A stretch of DNA of 64,000 nucleotides from a virus: the IMG/VR virus record IMGVR_UViG_3300045988_112441; one strand, given 5' to 3'. The position numbers were made by a program, and so were the translations under genes. The notes beneath the pieces were generated by a model that ran no database searches, was not told where the DNA came from, and saw only the letters and a list, made by a program, of their open reading frames with translations. This document shows, piece after piece, positions 29,208-40,242 of the stretch. Each line of letters begins with the position of its first letter. The stretch's first letter is position 1.

Positions 29208-29523
29208 TCTTTACTTTTACAGCCTTATCGTCCCAATATTCATCAGCCCCAACCTTTCTAGAAGCAGTGCCAAAATGCTCTTTCCACTCAGGAAGACTCT
29301 CATTGATGGCATCAAACTGAATACCCCAATCAAAGCAAGCCTCCATTGCATCATACAAAAGCTTTCCTTCCCGACAAGTCCAGAGAATCAGACCAGCACC
29401 GTGCTTCTGTTCCTGAATTGCTTGATAAATGACATTCCAGTTTGGTTCACCGATATCAGGATAATTATTCTCACAGAGAGTGCCATCAAAGTCGATGGCG
29501 ATAGCACGTTTCCAATTTCCCAT
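29182..29523 (-). CDS. Small HAD-like phosphatase-fold protein
   Basis: IAIDFDGTL (DxDGT motif I). Confidence 0.35.
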   Translation of the reverse strand: MGNWKRAIAIDFDGTLCENNYPDIGEPNWNVIYQAIQEQKHGAGLILWTCREGKLLYDAMEACFDWGIQFDAINESLPEWKEHFGTASRKVGADEYWDDKAVKVKNGELVDNE

Positions 29524-29524
29524 A

Positions 29525-31249
29525 TCAAATCACCTCAAAATCAACAATCTGCGCCTGCGGAGTAACTTTGTTTCCGTACTGATTTAAAGACAACCGGCAT
29601 ACAGCATTGATGTATTTTTCTTCCTGATCACCATAGAAGTCATTATTGATCCAGCCAATCATCCGGCCATTATCTGCAAAGCACACAAAATCAATGCCTT
29701 TTTCTTCATCAGAATACTTCCACATATTGCCGTTCTTGCCCATCGGAGCACATCCACTATGAATCAGCGGAATATTTTTAATGTAGAAATATGGCTCTGA
29801 GATTCCCTGTGCCCAGATTTTATGCATTTCATACATGGTCTTCGGCAATGCAACAGTCAGCCTACTATAGTCAAAATCAAAGTCAACCACGATTGCTTTG
29901 CTCATCGTGACATCTTTAAGCAGCTCATTACAATCCGCAATCGCCTTTGGCACGTTTTCTTTCTTGATTTTCACACCAGCAGCATTATCATGACCAAGAA
30001 CTGACTCAAAATCTCCGGTACTCATCAGGAACTCCTTTAAACTTTCAATCGGAGAGCCGTCAGGATTTCTCATTGAACCACCGTAATAGTCCGGTTCATC
30101 AGCAAAAGTACGAAGCAATACGCACGGTTTTGCATACATTTCGGCCAGCTTGATTGCCACAACACCAGTCAGAGTGTTATCAAGAATGCCAGTGGAGTTG
30201 CAGAAGAGAATCTTATTCTGGTCTGCACCATGCTTTTCAATCAGTTCCTGCAACTCTGCAACAGCCTTATCCTTAGTTTTGTTTTGCTGATATTTACAAG
30301 AAGAACACTCACGAGCTACATGCTGCGCCAGAGTCTCATCAATCGTGATACCGGCATTCTTGCCACGAGTCGGAGTGTACTGGAACGTCTGTTCCTCACC
30401 GACCATCGCACGGAACATCCGCTTCTTCTGCTCGGATGAGCCAACACGAATCAGTGCGTTCATCATCGGAACGACGTAGAATTGAACATCATTGATAGTC
30501 GGGTCACCCTTGATGTTGAAGCTATTCGCCTCAACCAAAGCACAAATCATCGGATTTACAATTCGTGCCAGACCTTTCGTGCAAATGCGCTTTGTCTCAT
30601 GCGAGTGCATATCCATGACATCACCGATGTTTCCAACAGCCACCAGATCAAGATACCGGTCTGCAACATCAGTCCAATTATCCTCATCAACAGCCTGAAG
30701 GAACTTATATACCACGCCAGCACCAGACAGTTCCTTGTTAGGATATGTACCATTCTGGTTATTGACGATTACTGCGTAAGGATTCTCTCTGTCGCAGATG
30801 TGATGGTCAAGAATCAGAATATCGATGCCCTTATCACGAAGTTCCTTGCATTGCTCAACATCGTTACTGCCAGCGTCAGGAATAATCAGCAGAGTGGTTT
30901 CAGGTGGAACTTCGATTTCTTTAGAGAGTCCATGTTCCTTACCACTATGATGCAGAACATTGATTTTTCCAAAATAACCAATCGCCTTCAGGTACTGGAA
31001 CATCATTGAGGCACTTGTGAAACCATCCACATCACAGTCTACAAGGATAGAGATGATAGATTTTTTCCAAAGGTGTTTATTCAACATCATGACAGCATAC
31101 TCGATATTGTCCAATTCCCACGGAGAATTCAAGCAAGAATCATCCAGATTCATGTAGGTCTTATAATCCTTGACCCCTCTGTTCTCCATAATCGTTCCAA
31201 TCGGGTCTGATAGGTCGTTCCTACTCCCCTTCCAGAGTTTTACATTCAT
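29525..31249 (-). CDS. DHH-family RecJ-like ssDNA exonuclease
   Basis: DCDVDG and ILDHH motifs; 574 aa. Confidence 0.7.
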   Translation of the reverse strand: MNVKLWKGSRNDLSDPIGTIMENRGVKDYKTYMNLDDSCLNSPWELDNIEYAVMMLNKHLWKKSIISILVDCDVDGFTSASMMFQYLKAIGYFGKINVLHHSGKEHGLSKEIEVPPETTLLIIPDAGSNDVEQCKELRDKGIDILILDHHICDRENPYAVIVNNQNGTYPNKELSGAGVVYKFLQAVDEDNWTDVADRYLDLVAVGNIGDVMDMHSHETKRICTKGLARIVNPMICALVEANSFNIKGDPTINDVQFYVVPMMNALIRVGSSEQKKRMFRAMVGEEQTFQYTPTRGKNAGITIDETLAQHVARECSSCKYQQNKTKDKAVAELQELIEKHGADQNKILFCNSTGILDNTLTGVVAIKLAEMYAKPCVLLRTFADEPDYYGGSMRNPDGSPIESLKEFLMSTGDFESVLGHDNAAGVKIKKENVPKAIADCNELLKDVTMSKAIVVDFDFDYSRLTVALPKTMYEMHKIWAQGISEPYFYIKNIPLIHSGCAPMGKNGNMWKYSDEEKGIDFVCFADNGRMIGWINNDFYGDQEEKYINAVCRLSLNQYGNKVTPQAQIVDFEVI

Positions 31250-32268
31250 TTAATTCTCCTAACACAGTTTTCAATCAATGCCTTAAATTTTTCAGGATTA
31301 TCAGTCGGGGCTTCCTTTTCATCCAGAATCCCTTTATCATCTACTACAGCATACACACTTACGCCATCGACAAATCGATTAGCGAGAACCATAAGCTCAC
31401 TAAGCTGAACGTCTTTATCAAATACAAAACAAATATCAACGCAAAGACGTGTTAAAATTTCAATTTGATTCTGTGAAACCTTCTTACCGCCAGTCGCCAC
31501 ACAGTTGTAGACATCCATGTTCCACATCTGCATGACAGACTTTTCAGCTTCACCAACATATACCAGACCTTCATTCTTAATGTACGGCTCTGTCTTATAC
31601 AGGCCATACAGAATACGGTTTCTGGCACACGGCTCAAGATATAGATACTTTAATTCACCTTCAGGCGGCTTACCAAAATATCTTCCCTTTACACCAACCA
31701 AAGTACCAATTTCATCTCTGATTGGAATCGTGATTCTATTTGTTAGTTCATCAAAACCAATCTCAAACTCCCGTTGTGTCTCGTAAGATATCCCATCGTC
31801 AGCAAAAATCTGGTTAACATAAGGTTTGTAATAACCGAGGATGGCTTCGGAGATGGGGACTATCGGACGGTCATCCTCGTGTTCTTCACCTTCATTTTGC
31901 ATGGTGATGAGTTCTTTTAGAATCAACATACTTTTAGGAAGGTCTTCCTCGAAGTTGTGATAGTAGTCAAGTCCAACCCATTCGCAGATTTGCTTAATAG
32001 CTTTTGGGAAAGACAGTTCCAGAAAGAACTGGACGACAGAAATCAAATCATAACTGGTCTTTCCATTGACAATGTCTCGTGTGTAATCTACCGCAGTAAG
32101 ATTTTCATTCTCGTAGATACAGAGTGCCGTCCTATTGTCACCATCTGGATTCGCACACTGGTAATACCCAGCTTTGTGACTAATATGATGACACCCAAGC
32201 TCTTCCAGAATCGGCTCAATCTGCTGTTCTTCAAGAATGTAATTTTTCAAATCTGCGATATTTACCAT
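31246..32268 (-). CDS. DNA primase (zinc-finger/Toprim-like)
   Basis: N-terminal CHHISHKAGYYQCANPDGDN zinc-binding region. Sits between RecJ and DnaB. Confidence 0.5.
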   Translation of the reverse strand: MVNIADLKNYILEEQQIEPILEELGCHHISHKAGYYQCANPDGDNRTALCIYENENLTAVDYTRDIVNGKTSYDLISVVQFFLELSFPKAIKQICEWVGLDYYHNFEEDLPKSMLILKELITMQNEGEEHEDDRPIVPISEAILGYYKPYVNQIFADDGISYETQREFEIGFDELTNRITIPIRDEIGTLVGVKGRYFGKPPEGELKYLYLEPCARNRILYGLYKTEPYIKNEGLVYVGEAEKSVMQMWNMDVYNCVATGGKKVSQNQIEILTRLCVDICFVFDKDVQLSELMVLANRFVDGVSVYAVVDDKGILDEKEAPTDNPEKFKALIENCVRRIK

Positions 32269-32277
32269 TGTAGTTCC

Positions 32278-33801
32278 TTACTTTCTGGTGCAGACACCGA
32301 CCTCTTTCCAGACATTCTGGTTCAAATTCACTTCAAACATGATTTTCTTTTTCTCACCAAAACGGTTTTTATCGATGTTTCCAACGTAATACCGCTTATC
32401 TGGATTCAGCCGATGGGCACAGTCACCGCCCCACTCAGGGTCATGAGAGATGTATTGATACTTTGCGAATTTATCTTTCGGAATTTCCTTGAATAGAACC
32501 ATCGTCCAAGCAACATGCTTAATCATTTTTGACTCAGCAATGTTGTTTGAATTCAGCTCATCAGGAAGATACTCATGAGCATTTTCAGCCAACTGAATAC
32601 TGCCATAGATAAAGATCTTCAGGTTTTTCGCAATCTCTTCAAGCTCTGTGGCCGTGACCTTGAACGCTGCCCATTCACCAATCGAAGCGATGTCGTTCTT
32701 TAGAGTATCGTAGAACACATACTTAACTCCCTGAGTGAGAGCTGCCTTCTGGATTTCAAATCGTAGGGACTTGTCACTATAATCAGCAGAAACATCTTTT
32801 GCGATAATCAAGCCTTGTGATTCGCTCTCAATCCACTGGCAAACATCAAGCACATTGCGATACTCTTCGCTTTCCTCATAGACGCGAGCTGTGAATTCAT
32901 CAATGCTTTCTATGTATTCCCCGTCTTCGTTTTGCTTTCGGAAGATGAAGTTTCCATTTGCATCCCGGTACATTCCAAGGGTGATTTCTCGTTCATCCTT
33001 GTGAAAGCGATGACCATGCAACTCTTGAAACTCAGGATTATTGATGGCAGTGACTAGCAAGCAATACCGGACGGATTCAAGATCCATCTCATTCAGCAGC
33101 AGAAGAGCTTTCTGCTTTTGAACCAATGTGACGTAAGCAACAATCGCCATCATGTATCTAGTCTTGCCAGCGTTAGATGGCATACCATTGAACATCACAG
33201 TACCCAGCTTCAATCCTCGGAACAAATCATTCATGATTGGGTACTGGAACGGCAAGCCCATATCAGGAACGCTCAGACGTTCATTGACCATCGGCAACAG
33301 ACTGTTATTCAAAATCTCAGCATCGTCGTTTGTGATGATGACAGTATTGATCTTGTCGGCCTTGCCACGAATCAATTTGTAAATGTCCTGAGCGCCAAAC
33401 ATTTCAAATTGCCGATGCTTCAAGATTCCTTCGATGTTAAATCCGTTTCTCTGATACTCACGAAGCAACGAATATTTCTTTAGGATATTGAAATATCCCT
33501 TGATGTCCTCGTCATTCGCAAGGCTCATGTAGTATTCAATGGTTGACCAGCCCTTCAACCGCTTGTATTGAGACAGTCTGGACTCGTCTTCGGCCATAAA
33601 TGTTAAAACAGATGTTTTGTTGAATTCTTGAGTCCGAGTTTCGTAAATGATTAACGCCGCATCGTAGAAAAATTTTGTTGCTTCATCGGCAAAATCGTAC
33701 TTGCTCTTGACATAATGCCCATACTCGACCAAATAGTCAGGATGCTTGTAAATTGCGCCAACAAATAGAATTTCATTCGGGATATTTGAAATGAGTTCCA
33801 C
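32278..33801 (-). CDS. DnaB-like replicative DNA helicase
   Basis: 507 aa. N-terminal DnaB-like domain, Walker A GMPSNAGKT and a RecA-like core. Confidence 0.7.
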   Translation of the reverse strand: MELISNIPNEILFVGAIYKHPDYLVEYGHYVKSKYDFADEATKFFYDAALIIYETRTQEFNKTSVLTFMAEDESRLSQYKRLKGWSTIEYYMSLANDEDIKGYFNILKKYSLLREYQRNGFNIEGILKHRQFEMFGAQDIYKLIRGKADKINTVIITNDDAEILNNSLLPMVNERLSVPDMGLPFQYPIMNDLFRGLKLGTVMFNGMPSNAGKTRYMMAIVAYVTLVQKQKALLLLNEMDLESVRYCLLVTAINNPEFQELHGHRFHKDEREITLGMYRDANGNFIFRKQNEDGEYIESIDEFTARVYEESEEYRNVLDVCQWIESESQGLIIAKDVSADYSDKSLRFEIQKAALTQGVKYVFYDTLKNDIASIGEWAAFKVTATELEEIAKNLKIFIYGSIQLAENAHEYLPDELNSNNIAESKMIKHVAWTMVLFKEIPKDKFAKYQYISHDPEWGGDCAHRLNPDKRYYVGNIDKNRFGEKKKIMFEVNLNQNVWKEVGVCTRK

Positions 33802-33818
33802 TCATCCACCTCCCTCTT

Positions 33819-34511
33819 TTATATCTCATCGAGAATTGCACTTATATCAATTTCATTCTCGTTTTTACTCTGTTTCGGTGCTGTTTTCATACGTTTCAGT
33901 ACCGTTTCAGTCAGATTTTCCTTCATTTTTTCTTCGCTTTCACTGCGAATCGAAGCTAGTCTTTCTTTTCGATCGAGATAACTAGGATATTGAGCCAATA
34001 AAACAGCCAAGTCGTAATTCCATCGCTGACTCATATCACAACCCTTTGCTTCTTTCTCGGCAACTATCTTATCTAGTCGGGGTTTCGCTAGAACCCACAT
34101 ATCGTAAAGTTCTAGCGGAGGAATAGAACCTCTGTATTTGTAATAATTACCGGAAATTAACTGCGCAAGTTTCGAGTAGAAGCTACCAGGAACAACCGCC
34201 GGGGCGTATATATCTCGAATATGGTCGAAAAGAATCTTTTTCTCTTCCTGTTTGATATGTGCAAGCTCACGATTGTGGTCTTGTTCTCTCTTTTTGGAAA
34301 GAAGATCATCGACCTTTTTATCCGTAGTGTCATTCACTTTGTCAAAAAATGCCCTTAGCAGGTCATCTGTCCAAGGGCGTTTTTGATTTTTCTTTTTTTC
34401 TACAAAACAATCCTTATGATAAAAACCAGTCTTGTCGTAGAAAAATGTGCTACGGTCTCGCTCGATGAAAATGTTCTTCCCGCAAATCTTGCATTTACGG
34501 GTTAGTTCCAT
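33819..34511 (-). CDS. Hypothetical replication-associated protein (N-terminal zinc binding)
   Basis: CKICGKN...HKDC. Sits between DnaB and the Sak4-like ATPase. Confidence 0.35.
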   Translation of the reverse strand: MELTRKCKICGKNIFIERDRSTFFYDKTGFYHKDCFVEKKKNQKRPWTDDLLRAFFDKVNDTTDKKVDDLLSKKREQDHNRELAHIKQEEKKILFDHIRDIYAPAVVPGSFYSKLAQLISGNYYKYRGSIPPLELYDMWVLAKPRLDKIVAEKEAKGCDMSQRWNYDLAVLLAQYPSYLDRKERLASIRSESEEKMKENLTETVLKRMKTAPKQSKNENEIDISAILDEI

Positions 34512-35659
34512 TAAGCCAGTTCCTTCTCCATGATTGCGGCGACCTTCTTCAGTTCCTCAATATCAGTCATAGAACGGAACGCGGTAGACAGGCCAGCCGC
34601 CTTAACAGCCTTCTGTGCTGCGCTCTTCTTCACAGGAGAAGCGGAAGCAATCAGGTCGTTCAGCTTTGCCTTGATGTCATCCATAGAAGGCTCTTTACTA
34701 TCAGAACTCTTATCTGCCGGAACATCATCCGGCTCATCGTTTTCGATACCAAGGTCACGCATACTCAGCTTAACCTCAGTCTTAACAGCATCGTTTAAGC
34801 CGTTTTTGATGACGTTCTCCCGATTCTTTGCGCTACTAGAGATAATATCCTGATACTCAAGCAGGGTCAGATCCTCAACGACCTCACCGCCCTTATGCAT
34901 ACCGGTACGATCCTTATCGAAGAAAGCGAGCTGCTGACCATCCTGAAAATACAGGCGGAACTCAGTATCAACGTTGTACTCCTGACCAGCAAACCCATCA
35001 GGAATCTTACGACCAGTAGGCTCACTTACGATAGAACCATTCACAACCTTAGTATGCTTCTCGTCCTTCTCTCGGCAAACAACGATGTAGTTTACACCAG
35101 ATGCATTCAGATCCAAAATCAGAGACTGACCCTTGAAGTTCAGGGTATTGAAATCCTTGAGCTCCATGCCAGCACCCTCAATCTTAACTGCCTTTTCATC
35201 ACCAGTCAGACCCTGAGATGCGGCCTTAACCTTGGCACGCTTCTGCGAGAAGGCGGTGAGGCCCTGGGTAGCAGTCATCTTGAGGATGGAAGCGGAGTCA
35301 ACAACCAGAGCGTCTGCACGGAACGGCTTACTGTCTGCATCCAGATAAACATCTCCATTCTCATCCTCGATATCCTCATCGTTGGTAACCATCTTGATAT
35401 AATCCTGAACTTCTGCCAGAGACTGGGTGTAAACAATCAACAGATTATCAGGATTCACACCATTGGCTTCCAGCTCCTCGGTGTAATTATCAATAGAACC
35501 ATTTTCGGTATCCAAATACAGAACACGGAACGGCTTACCGTCTGCATTCTTCAAATAGCACAGCTGCATAGCAGTACGAGACTTACCAGTTCCCTGTTCA
35601 CCATAAATCAGCATATGAAGCTTCTTACGAACAGCAGATGCCTTACGAATCATAGCCAT
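34511..35659 (-). CDS. AAA_24/Sak4-like RecA-fold ATPase
   Basis: LIYGEQGTGKSRTA Walker A plus LYLDTENG. Confidence 0.5.
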   Translation of the reverse strand: MAMIRKASAVRKKLHMLIYGEQGTGKSRTAMQLCYLKNADGKPFRVLYLDTENGSIDNYTEELEANGVNPDNLLIVYTQSLAEVQDYIKMVTNDEDIEDENGDVYLDADSKPFRADALVVDSASILKMTATQGLTAFSQKRAKVKAASQGLTGDEKAVKIEGAGMELKDFNTLNFKGQSLILDLNASGVNYIVVCREKDEKHTKVVNGSIVSEPTGRKIPDGFAGQEYNVDTEFRLYFQDGQQLAFFDKDRTGMHKGGEVVEDLTLLEYQDIISSSAKNRENVIKNGLNDAVKTEVKLSMRDLGIENDEPDDVPADKSSDSKEPSMDDIKAKLNDLIASASPVKKSAAQKAVKAAGLSTAFRSMTDIEELKKVAAIMEKELA

Positions 35660-35687
35660 ATATGTAAATTCCTCTCTAAATCTTTTA

Positions 35688-35981
35688 TTAAACTTTCAAA
35701 CACTCATACCACGGATCACCCGTTTCAACTGCATGAGCAACATAATCCAACTGACGGGTGATGTTATCCACACTATCAACCAGAAGGTCTTTACACCCTA
35801 CCGGAACAGCACCACCATTGCATTCCGCGTCGGCTTTAGCTTCTGCAATAATCTCAGGATGCGTAGTAAACACAATAGACATCATCGGAGAGTCTTCTTC
35901 AGGTTCCTTTTCAAGCGCTTCGATGTAGACAATGTAAAATTTCATACCATTATAAGCGGTATACTCAAGAGTATTCTGCAT
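35688..35981 (-). CDS. Hypothetical protein
   Basis: ORF track. Confidence 0.4.
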   Translation of the reverse strand: MQNTLEYTAYNGMKFYIVYIEALEKEPEEDSPMMSIVFTTHPEIIAEAKADAECNGGAVPVGCKDLLVDSVDNITRQLDYVAHAVETGDPWYECLKV

Positions 35982-35996
35982 AACTAAACTCCTTAT

Positions 35997-36014
35997 GTAT
36001 CCTGTATTGCATAG
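35997..36014 (-). promoter_or_regulatory. Conserved 18-bp element, copy d (GTATCCTGTATTGCATAG)
   Basis: 15 nt upstream of the ATG at 35981, followed by an AAGGAG RBS. Confidence 0.45.
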
Positions 36015-36030
36015 CTAATGCTAAAATAAA

Positions 36031-37131
36031 TTAACCCCAGTCGTCCTCTTCCTCATTTGCAGGAGTTGCAGTAGACTTGTTGGAACCACCCCACCAAGAA
36101 GTGTCGTTCTCAGCAGCCTTGCCGTCGAAGTCCTTCTTAGCCTGAGTATTGGCAGCAATCTTTGCCCGTGCCTCGGAGATATTGTCCTCTGTGTAAGTAG
36201 GTTCCGCATCCTTGTCGCCAGGGTTCGGATCAAAGGAATCAGGATTAACGCCCTCAATATACAGCTTACGAACTGCCGGAGTGCTCTGGCGCTTCATCTT
36301 ATTAGGACCACCCCAGATATTCTCGGTCTCAACTTCCTCAACCTTCTGCTGATTGACAATGGGGCCAAAACACTCAAAGCTAGTATAAGACTTCAGACGC
36401 TTACGAATAGAATCAGCCAGAACCTTATTCTGAGTGTTTGCCTTATAGTCAATGAAAAGCTCTGCGTCCTCAATGGTGTTGTAGTTCACAATTTTTGCAT
36501 CAACAACTACTTCATCATCCTCATCACTCTTGCGGCAACCAGTGTAAACAATGGTCTGAGTAAACAGAGCCAGCTCCTCGAAACCCTCTGCATCGAAGTC
36601 GATTTCCTTAGAGCTCAGAGACACCTGAGTAGGAACGAAGCGAATTTGGTGCTTGCCGTTGTAAGTGCTGTACTCGATGTTACCACGGACATACACATTG
36701 TCACCATCATGCAGGTTATCAGAGATCTCCTTGGCTGCATCGAAGTCAGTCAGAGTCTTGTTATCATTGACGACCTTACCAGACTCATTCGTCTTCTTGG
36801 TAACACCGACCTTAACGCCAATCATATCATAGCCTTCCGGTGCAACATAAGTCAGACGATCCTTCCAAGCAACTTCCTTCTTATCCTTCTCGATGCCCTT
36901 GTCCTTATCGGCACGGCGGAAGAAGTAAACCTTATCACGAGGCATACCATCAAGATCAACATAAAAAGTGTTTTCATTGGAAGTCTGAACGCCAAAGCTC
37001 AGGACACGGCGCATAGCACCATTCTTAGTCTCCTTCTCGTTATAGAAGTTGCTACGCTGGGTGCCGGTGACCTTACCAGCCATCTCAAAAGAACCACGGG
37101 TCTGAGGAAGATTAAAAATTCTATCTGCCAT
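36031..37131 (-). CDS. Putative ssDNA-binding protein with an acidic C-terminal tail
   Basis: 366 aa ending ...ANEEEDDWG, an SSB-like tail. Sits next to the Sak4-like ATPase. Confidence 0.35.
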   Translation of the reverse strand: MADRIFNLPQTRGSFEMAGKVTGTQRSNFYNEKETKNGAMRRVLSFGVQTSNENTFYVDLDGMPRDKVYFFRRADKDKGIEKDKKEVAWKDRLTYVAPEGYDMIGVKVGVTKKTNESGKVVNDNKTLTDFDAAKEISDNLHDGDNVYVRGNIEYSTYNGKHQIRFVPTQVSLSSKEIDFDAEGFEELALFTQTIVYTGCRKSDEDDEVVVDAKIVNYNTIEDAELFIDYKANTQNKVLADSIRKRLKSYTSFECFGPIVNQQKVEEVETENIWGGPNKMKRQSTPAVRKLYIEGVNPDSFDPNPGDKDAEPTYTEDNISEARAKIAANTQAKKDFDGKAAENDTSWWGGSNKSTATPANEEEDDWG

Positions 37132-37276
37132 ATCAAGTCTCCTTTATATAATTTTGTTTCATTGATAATCACTTATGTTTCTTTTTATTGTCTTGAATCA
37201 ATTCATGCACTATTCATTTTATGTGTTATCCTCCGTCTGGTTTATTGATGGCTTATATTTCATACGGCACTCGCCG

Positions 37277-37489
37277 TTAGAAATCGTCCTTTAAAGGATT
37301 ATGTACAAACATTGCGCCGAGCACTATTGGGAGCCGTTCTGAACATTCAGGGCACAAATCAAAACTCAAAAGCGAACCATCAAGTTGGCTACCATAAGAG
37401 TATTGATGCTCAAAACTGATTCCCTGCTCGCTACCTATCGGCTTGATTTCACGACCACACCAGTTACATATTTTCTTACATGTGTTCAT
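37277..37489 (-). CDS. Small zinc-ribbon protein
   Basis: CNWCGRE...CPECSER. Confidence 0.4.
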   Translation of the reverse strand: MNTCKKICNWCGREIKPIGSEQGISFEHQYSYGSQLDGSLLSFDLCPECSERLPIVLGAMFVHNPLKDDF

Positions 37490-37506
37490 ACGGCATCACC
37501 CCATTT

Positions 37507-37794
37507 TTAATATTCTCTATCACGGAACATCTTAGATTGAGCACGAGTCAGTCTGTTATTCCGGCCATACTTAGGTCTGAATACGGACTGTAGCTTGTTG
37601 TTTGCATATTCGAGGTCACTCTCCAGAATCTTGGCAGCTTCTTCAATGTAGTCTCGAATGGCACAATATTGGTCATTGCTGATACAGTGCGTCTTTAGAT
37701 AATCAAGCATATCGACGGCCTGATTTTTCAAAAGAAGCGTATCTTCAAGCTGTGTCTTGCGCCGTTGGAAGAAATCTATATTCATAGGCATCAC
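37507..37794 (-). CDS. Hypothetical protein
   Basis: ORF track. Confidence 0.4.
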   Translation of the reverse strand: MMPMNIDFFQRRKTQLEDTLLLKNQAVDMLDYLKTHCISNDQYCAIRDYIEEAAKILESDLEYANNKLQSVFRPKYGRNNRLTRAQSKMFRDREY

Positions 37795-38018
37795 TCCTCT
37801 AACAGATTTTCATACATGCTTCGCAATTTTTCATAGGCGACGGCTCGTTTAAGAATCATCTCGTAGGCGTGAGTAGTGTGTTCACGAGGACACCACTTTC
37901 CGCCCTCCTTGCCAAGTCGGATTTGATTCTCAAGAATTTTTTTTGCTTCATCAAAAGTCATCTTTTCGATTCGTTTCTTACTGGCATTTTTCCATTCGTC
38001 TAGTTCCATAGGAATCAC
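37791..38018 (-). CDS. Hypothetical protein
   Basis: ORF track. Confidence 0.4.
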   Translation of the reverse strand: MIPMELDEWKNASKKRIEKMTFDEAKKILENQIRLGKEGGKWCPREHTTHAYEMILKRAVAYEKLRSMYENLLEE

Positions 38019-38254
38019 TCCTTTTTGGCAAATTTACTCCAATCCATCTTGTGATGACAATCAGAACACTCACACTCGAACTTTTCCAGCTTCGTCACAC
38101 AAAACGGACAGAGATACGTGTTCTTATCCTTCTGGAAGATAGGACTTGCCGGAAGGCTCAAGGAGCCGTGATCGATAGTTACATTGATAGGAATTTTGCT
38201 GTTCATCATGTCACCTCTTGTTTGAATTAGCCTTTTATGAGATTTTCTTATCAA
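38015..38254 (-). CDS. Small zinc-ribbon protein
   Basis: CPFCVTKLEKFECECSDCHH. Confidence 0.4.
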   Translation of the reverse strand: MIRKSHKRLIQTRGDMMNSKIPINVTIDHGSLSLPASPIFQKDKNTYLCPFCVTKLEKFECECSDCHHKMDWSKFAKKE

Positions 38255-38727
38255 GTTTTCGTAACTCTAACTTACTGGGAAGAAAATTTCTACAGAAGTA
38301 TGCACTTCCAAAAGACACTCCCTCGACAGGGCTGTCTGCGTGTTTAGGGTCCATGAATCCTATTCGAGAATCAAAACACAGCATCTGTACATCATTTTTG
38401 AAGATGTCAAATCGTGTCTTACCCTGAATACTATTTGCAGGAAGTAGTAGAGCAAACGGCTTTTTAAGCTCATAGGCTCTACGCAATACTTCATCCTTCC
38501 TACTAAAAGGAGGGTTTGAAATCATAATATCCCAATATTCCGGTTCGTATGTAAAGAAATCTTGTCCGTTATCAATGTGGCTATATTCTACTTTATATCC
38601 AGCATTTCTGAACACCTGCACAAAGGCAGACCACTCTTTATCAAACGGACACCAAATCACTGTTTTACTCGACGGGGGGCAAATTCAAGCAATGGAATAA
38701 CCGCGTAAACCGGTGTGTATCGCTCAT
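38235..38727 (-). pseudogene. Phage Dam-like N6-adenine DNA methyltransferase interrupted by a +1 frameshift in a G6/C6 tract
   Basis: C-terminal part has the NPPF motif (IMISNPPFSRKD...LLLPANS). An ATG at 38727 encodes MSDTHRFTRLFHCLNLPP and runs into poly-G 38674-38679. Deleting one G yields a contiguous protein of about 160 aa with a WCPFD (DPF-like) motif. Confidence 0.5.
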
Positions 38728-38777
38728 CGCCTACCGCAGATCGGTCAGCTGTTAAATATCCTTTATTTTCTGGCAAA

Positions 38778-40242
38778 TTATCCTCCTTGCTTTTCTGGAA
38801 AATGCTTCTTAGTTACTGCAACGCAGAACGGTTCAATTTCAGATCCCCAGATAGCAGTACCATCACCATACGTACTTTCAAAGACAAGCGGAAAGCCACC
38901 GATTCCATCAAAAAGACTGCCAAGCGTAGGATTCTCACCGATATACGGCTTCATTTTCTGGAAAATCCAATACCACTGAGGCAATGCAATCGAATTGCCG
39001 AGCGCCTTGTAACGAGGAGAATCAGCTGGTTTGTGCTTTTTACCATTCTCATCAACCCACTCGCCAATATCAGTCCATCCATCAGGGAACCCTTGAAGTC
39101 GTTCACACTCGACAGGAGTCAGGCGACGAACAATCCATTGCAGATTCTTCGTTTCCTTCTCTGCAATCAAGTCAGTAGCATCCTTGTAGTCACGAGATTT
39201 CATCGTACTAGCTTGTTCACTTTCCTTGTATTCACCAATGCGTTGCATTGCAAAGGTTTTCTTTTCAGCAACAAGCGGCATATTATTGCCACCAGTCCCC
39301 CATTGAGCCGTACAAGCCGGACTTGTGTCGCCCTGTTGAGTGTATCGAGCATCCTGACTGTGACTCTCAAACACCACCGGCGAAATCTTTTGTTTTGAAT
39401 TATGTAAAGAGGTGTTGTCTGCCAAGCAAATTAACGTTTGATCTTGCAATGTAGAAAGCGTTGCGCTCTTCTCGATTTGTACCAGTGCGCCTTTGCCACC
39501 ACCTTCGCATCCTGAACGAATCTTTAAAGTGTAGGCAACAGCATTACGGTCAATAGTGTTTATAGTGAAAGCAGTATCTTCTTTTACACCAGTCCCATTC
39601 ATGTTGGTTTCTCTGTCAATCATGTTTCCGACGATACAAAAGCTTTTTTCTCCCACCACTCGATCATTTCCAACAATGCATTTTTCAGCAATTCTGGCAG
39701 CACCTTGCCACGTCGGGATGCTCTCGTCAGAATTCCCTGGCACGCCCGTGCGCTCAAATAATATCTTTGCGGCACGTTGTCCTCCAAAATCCATGACAAG
39801 CGCGATTCTTTGACGACGTTGGGGCACTCCCCAGTATTGAGCATCGAAGAGTCTCCATGCCAAAGACCATCCATTACCGGAAATTGCGCCGGATTTAGAC
39901 CATTTTCCACCTTTTTCCGAAGGTTTAGGAATTGTAGCGTCTGCTTCGACGATGTGTGCAAATTCTTCCAAGACACATCGGAAGTCTTCTCCGTTGTTTG
40001 AGGAGAGTGCTCCTCTAACATTTTCCCAGATTGCAAATTTTGGATATTCTCCATTGGTGGTATCCCTCATTTCTTTTATCACACGAATCATTTCCATAAA
40101 TAGACCAGACCGTTCTCCAGCCAAACCTGCCCGCTTACCGGCAATAGAAAGATCTTGGCTAACAAGGTGAACCACCAGTGATACACGAGACAGGTTCAAT
40201 CTTAGAACCATCAATCTCGCAAATACTTCCATAATGTTTCAC
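38778..40242 (-). CDS. C5-cytosine DNA methyltransferase-like gene, motif order IV-X then I-II, disrupted at the catalytic Pro-Cys codon
   Basis: Motifs in order: ENV (VI), QRRQR (VIII), TRD, RLTPVECERLQGFP (IX), GNSIALP (X), then LFDGIGGF (I) and SEIEPFCVAVTKKHFP (II) at the C-terminus. The GGSPC part of motif IV lies in an upstream frame (GTG at 40242 with a GGAGG RBS). A 4-nt TTAG insertion at 40159-40162 ends that frame with TAG. The ATG at 40232 then gives a protein that reads VSQDLS where motif IV should read PCQDLS. Confidence 0.65.
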
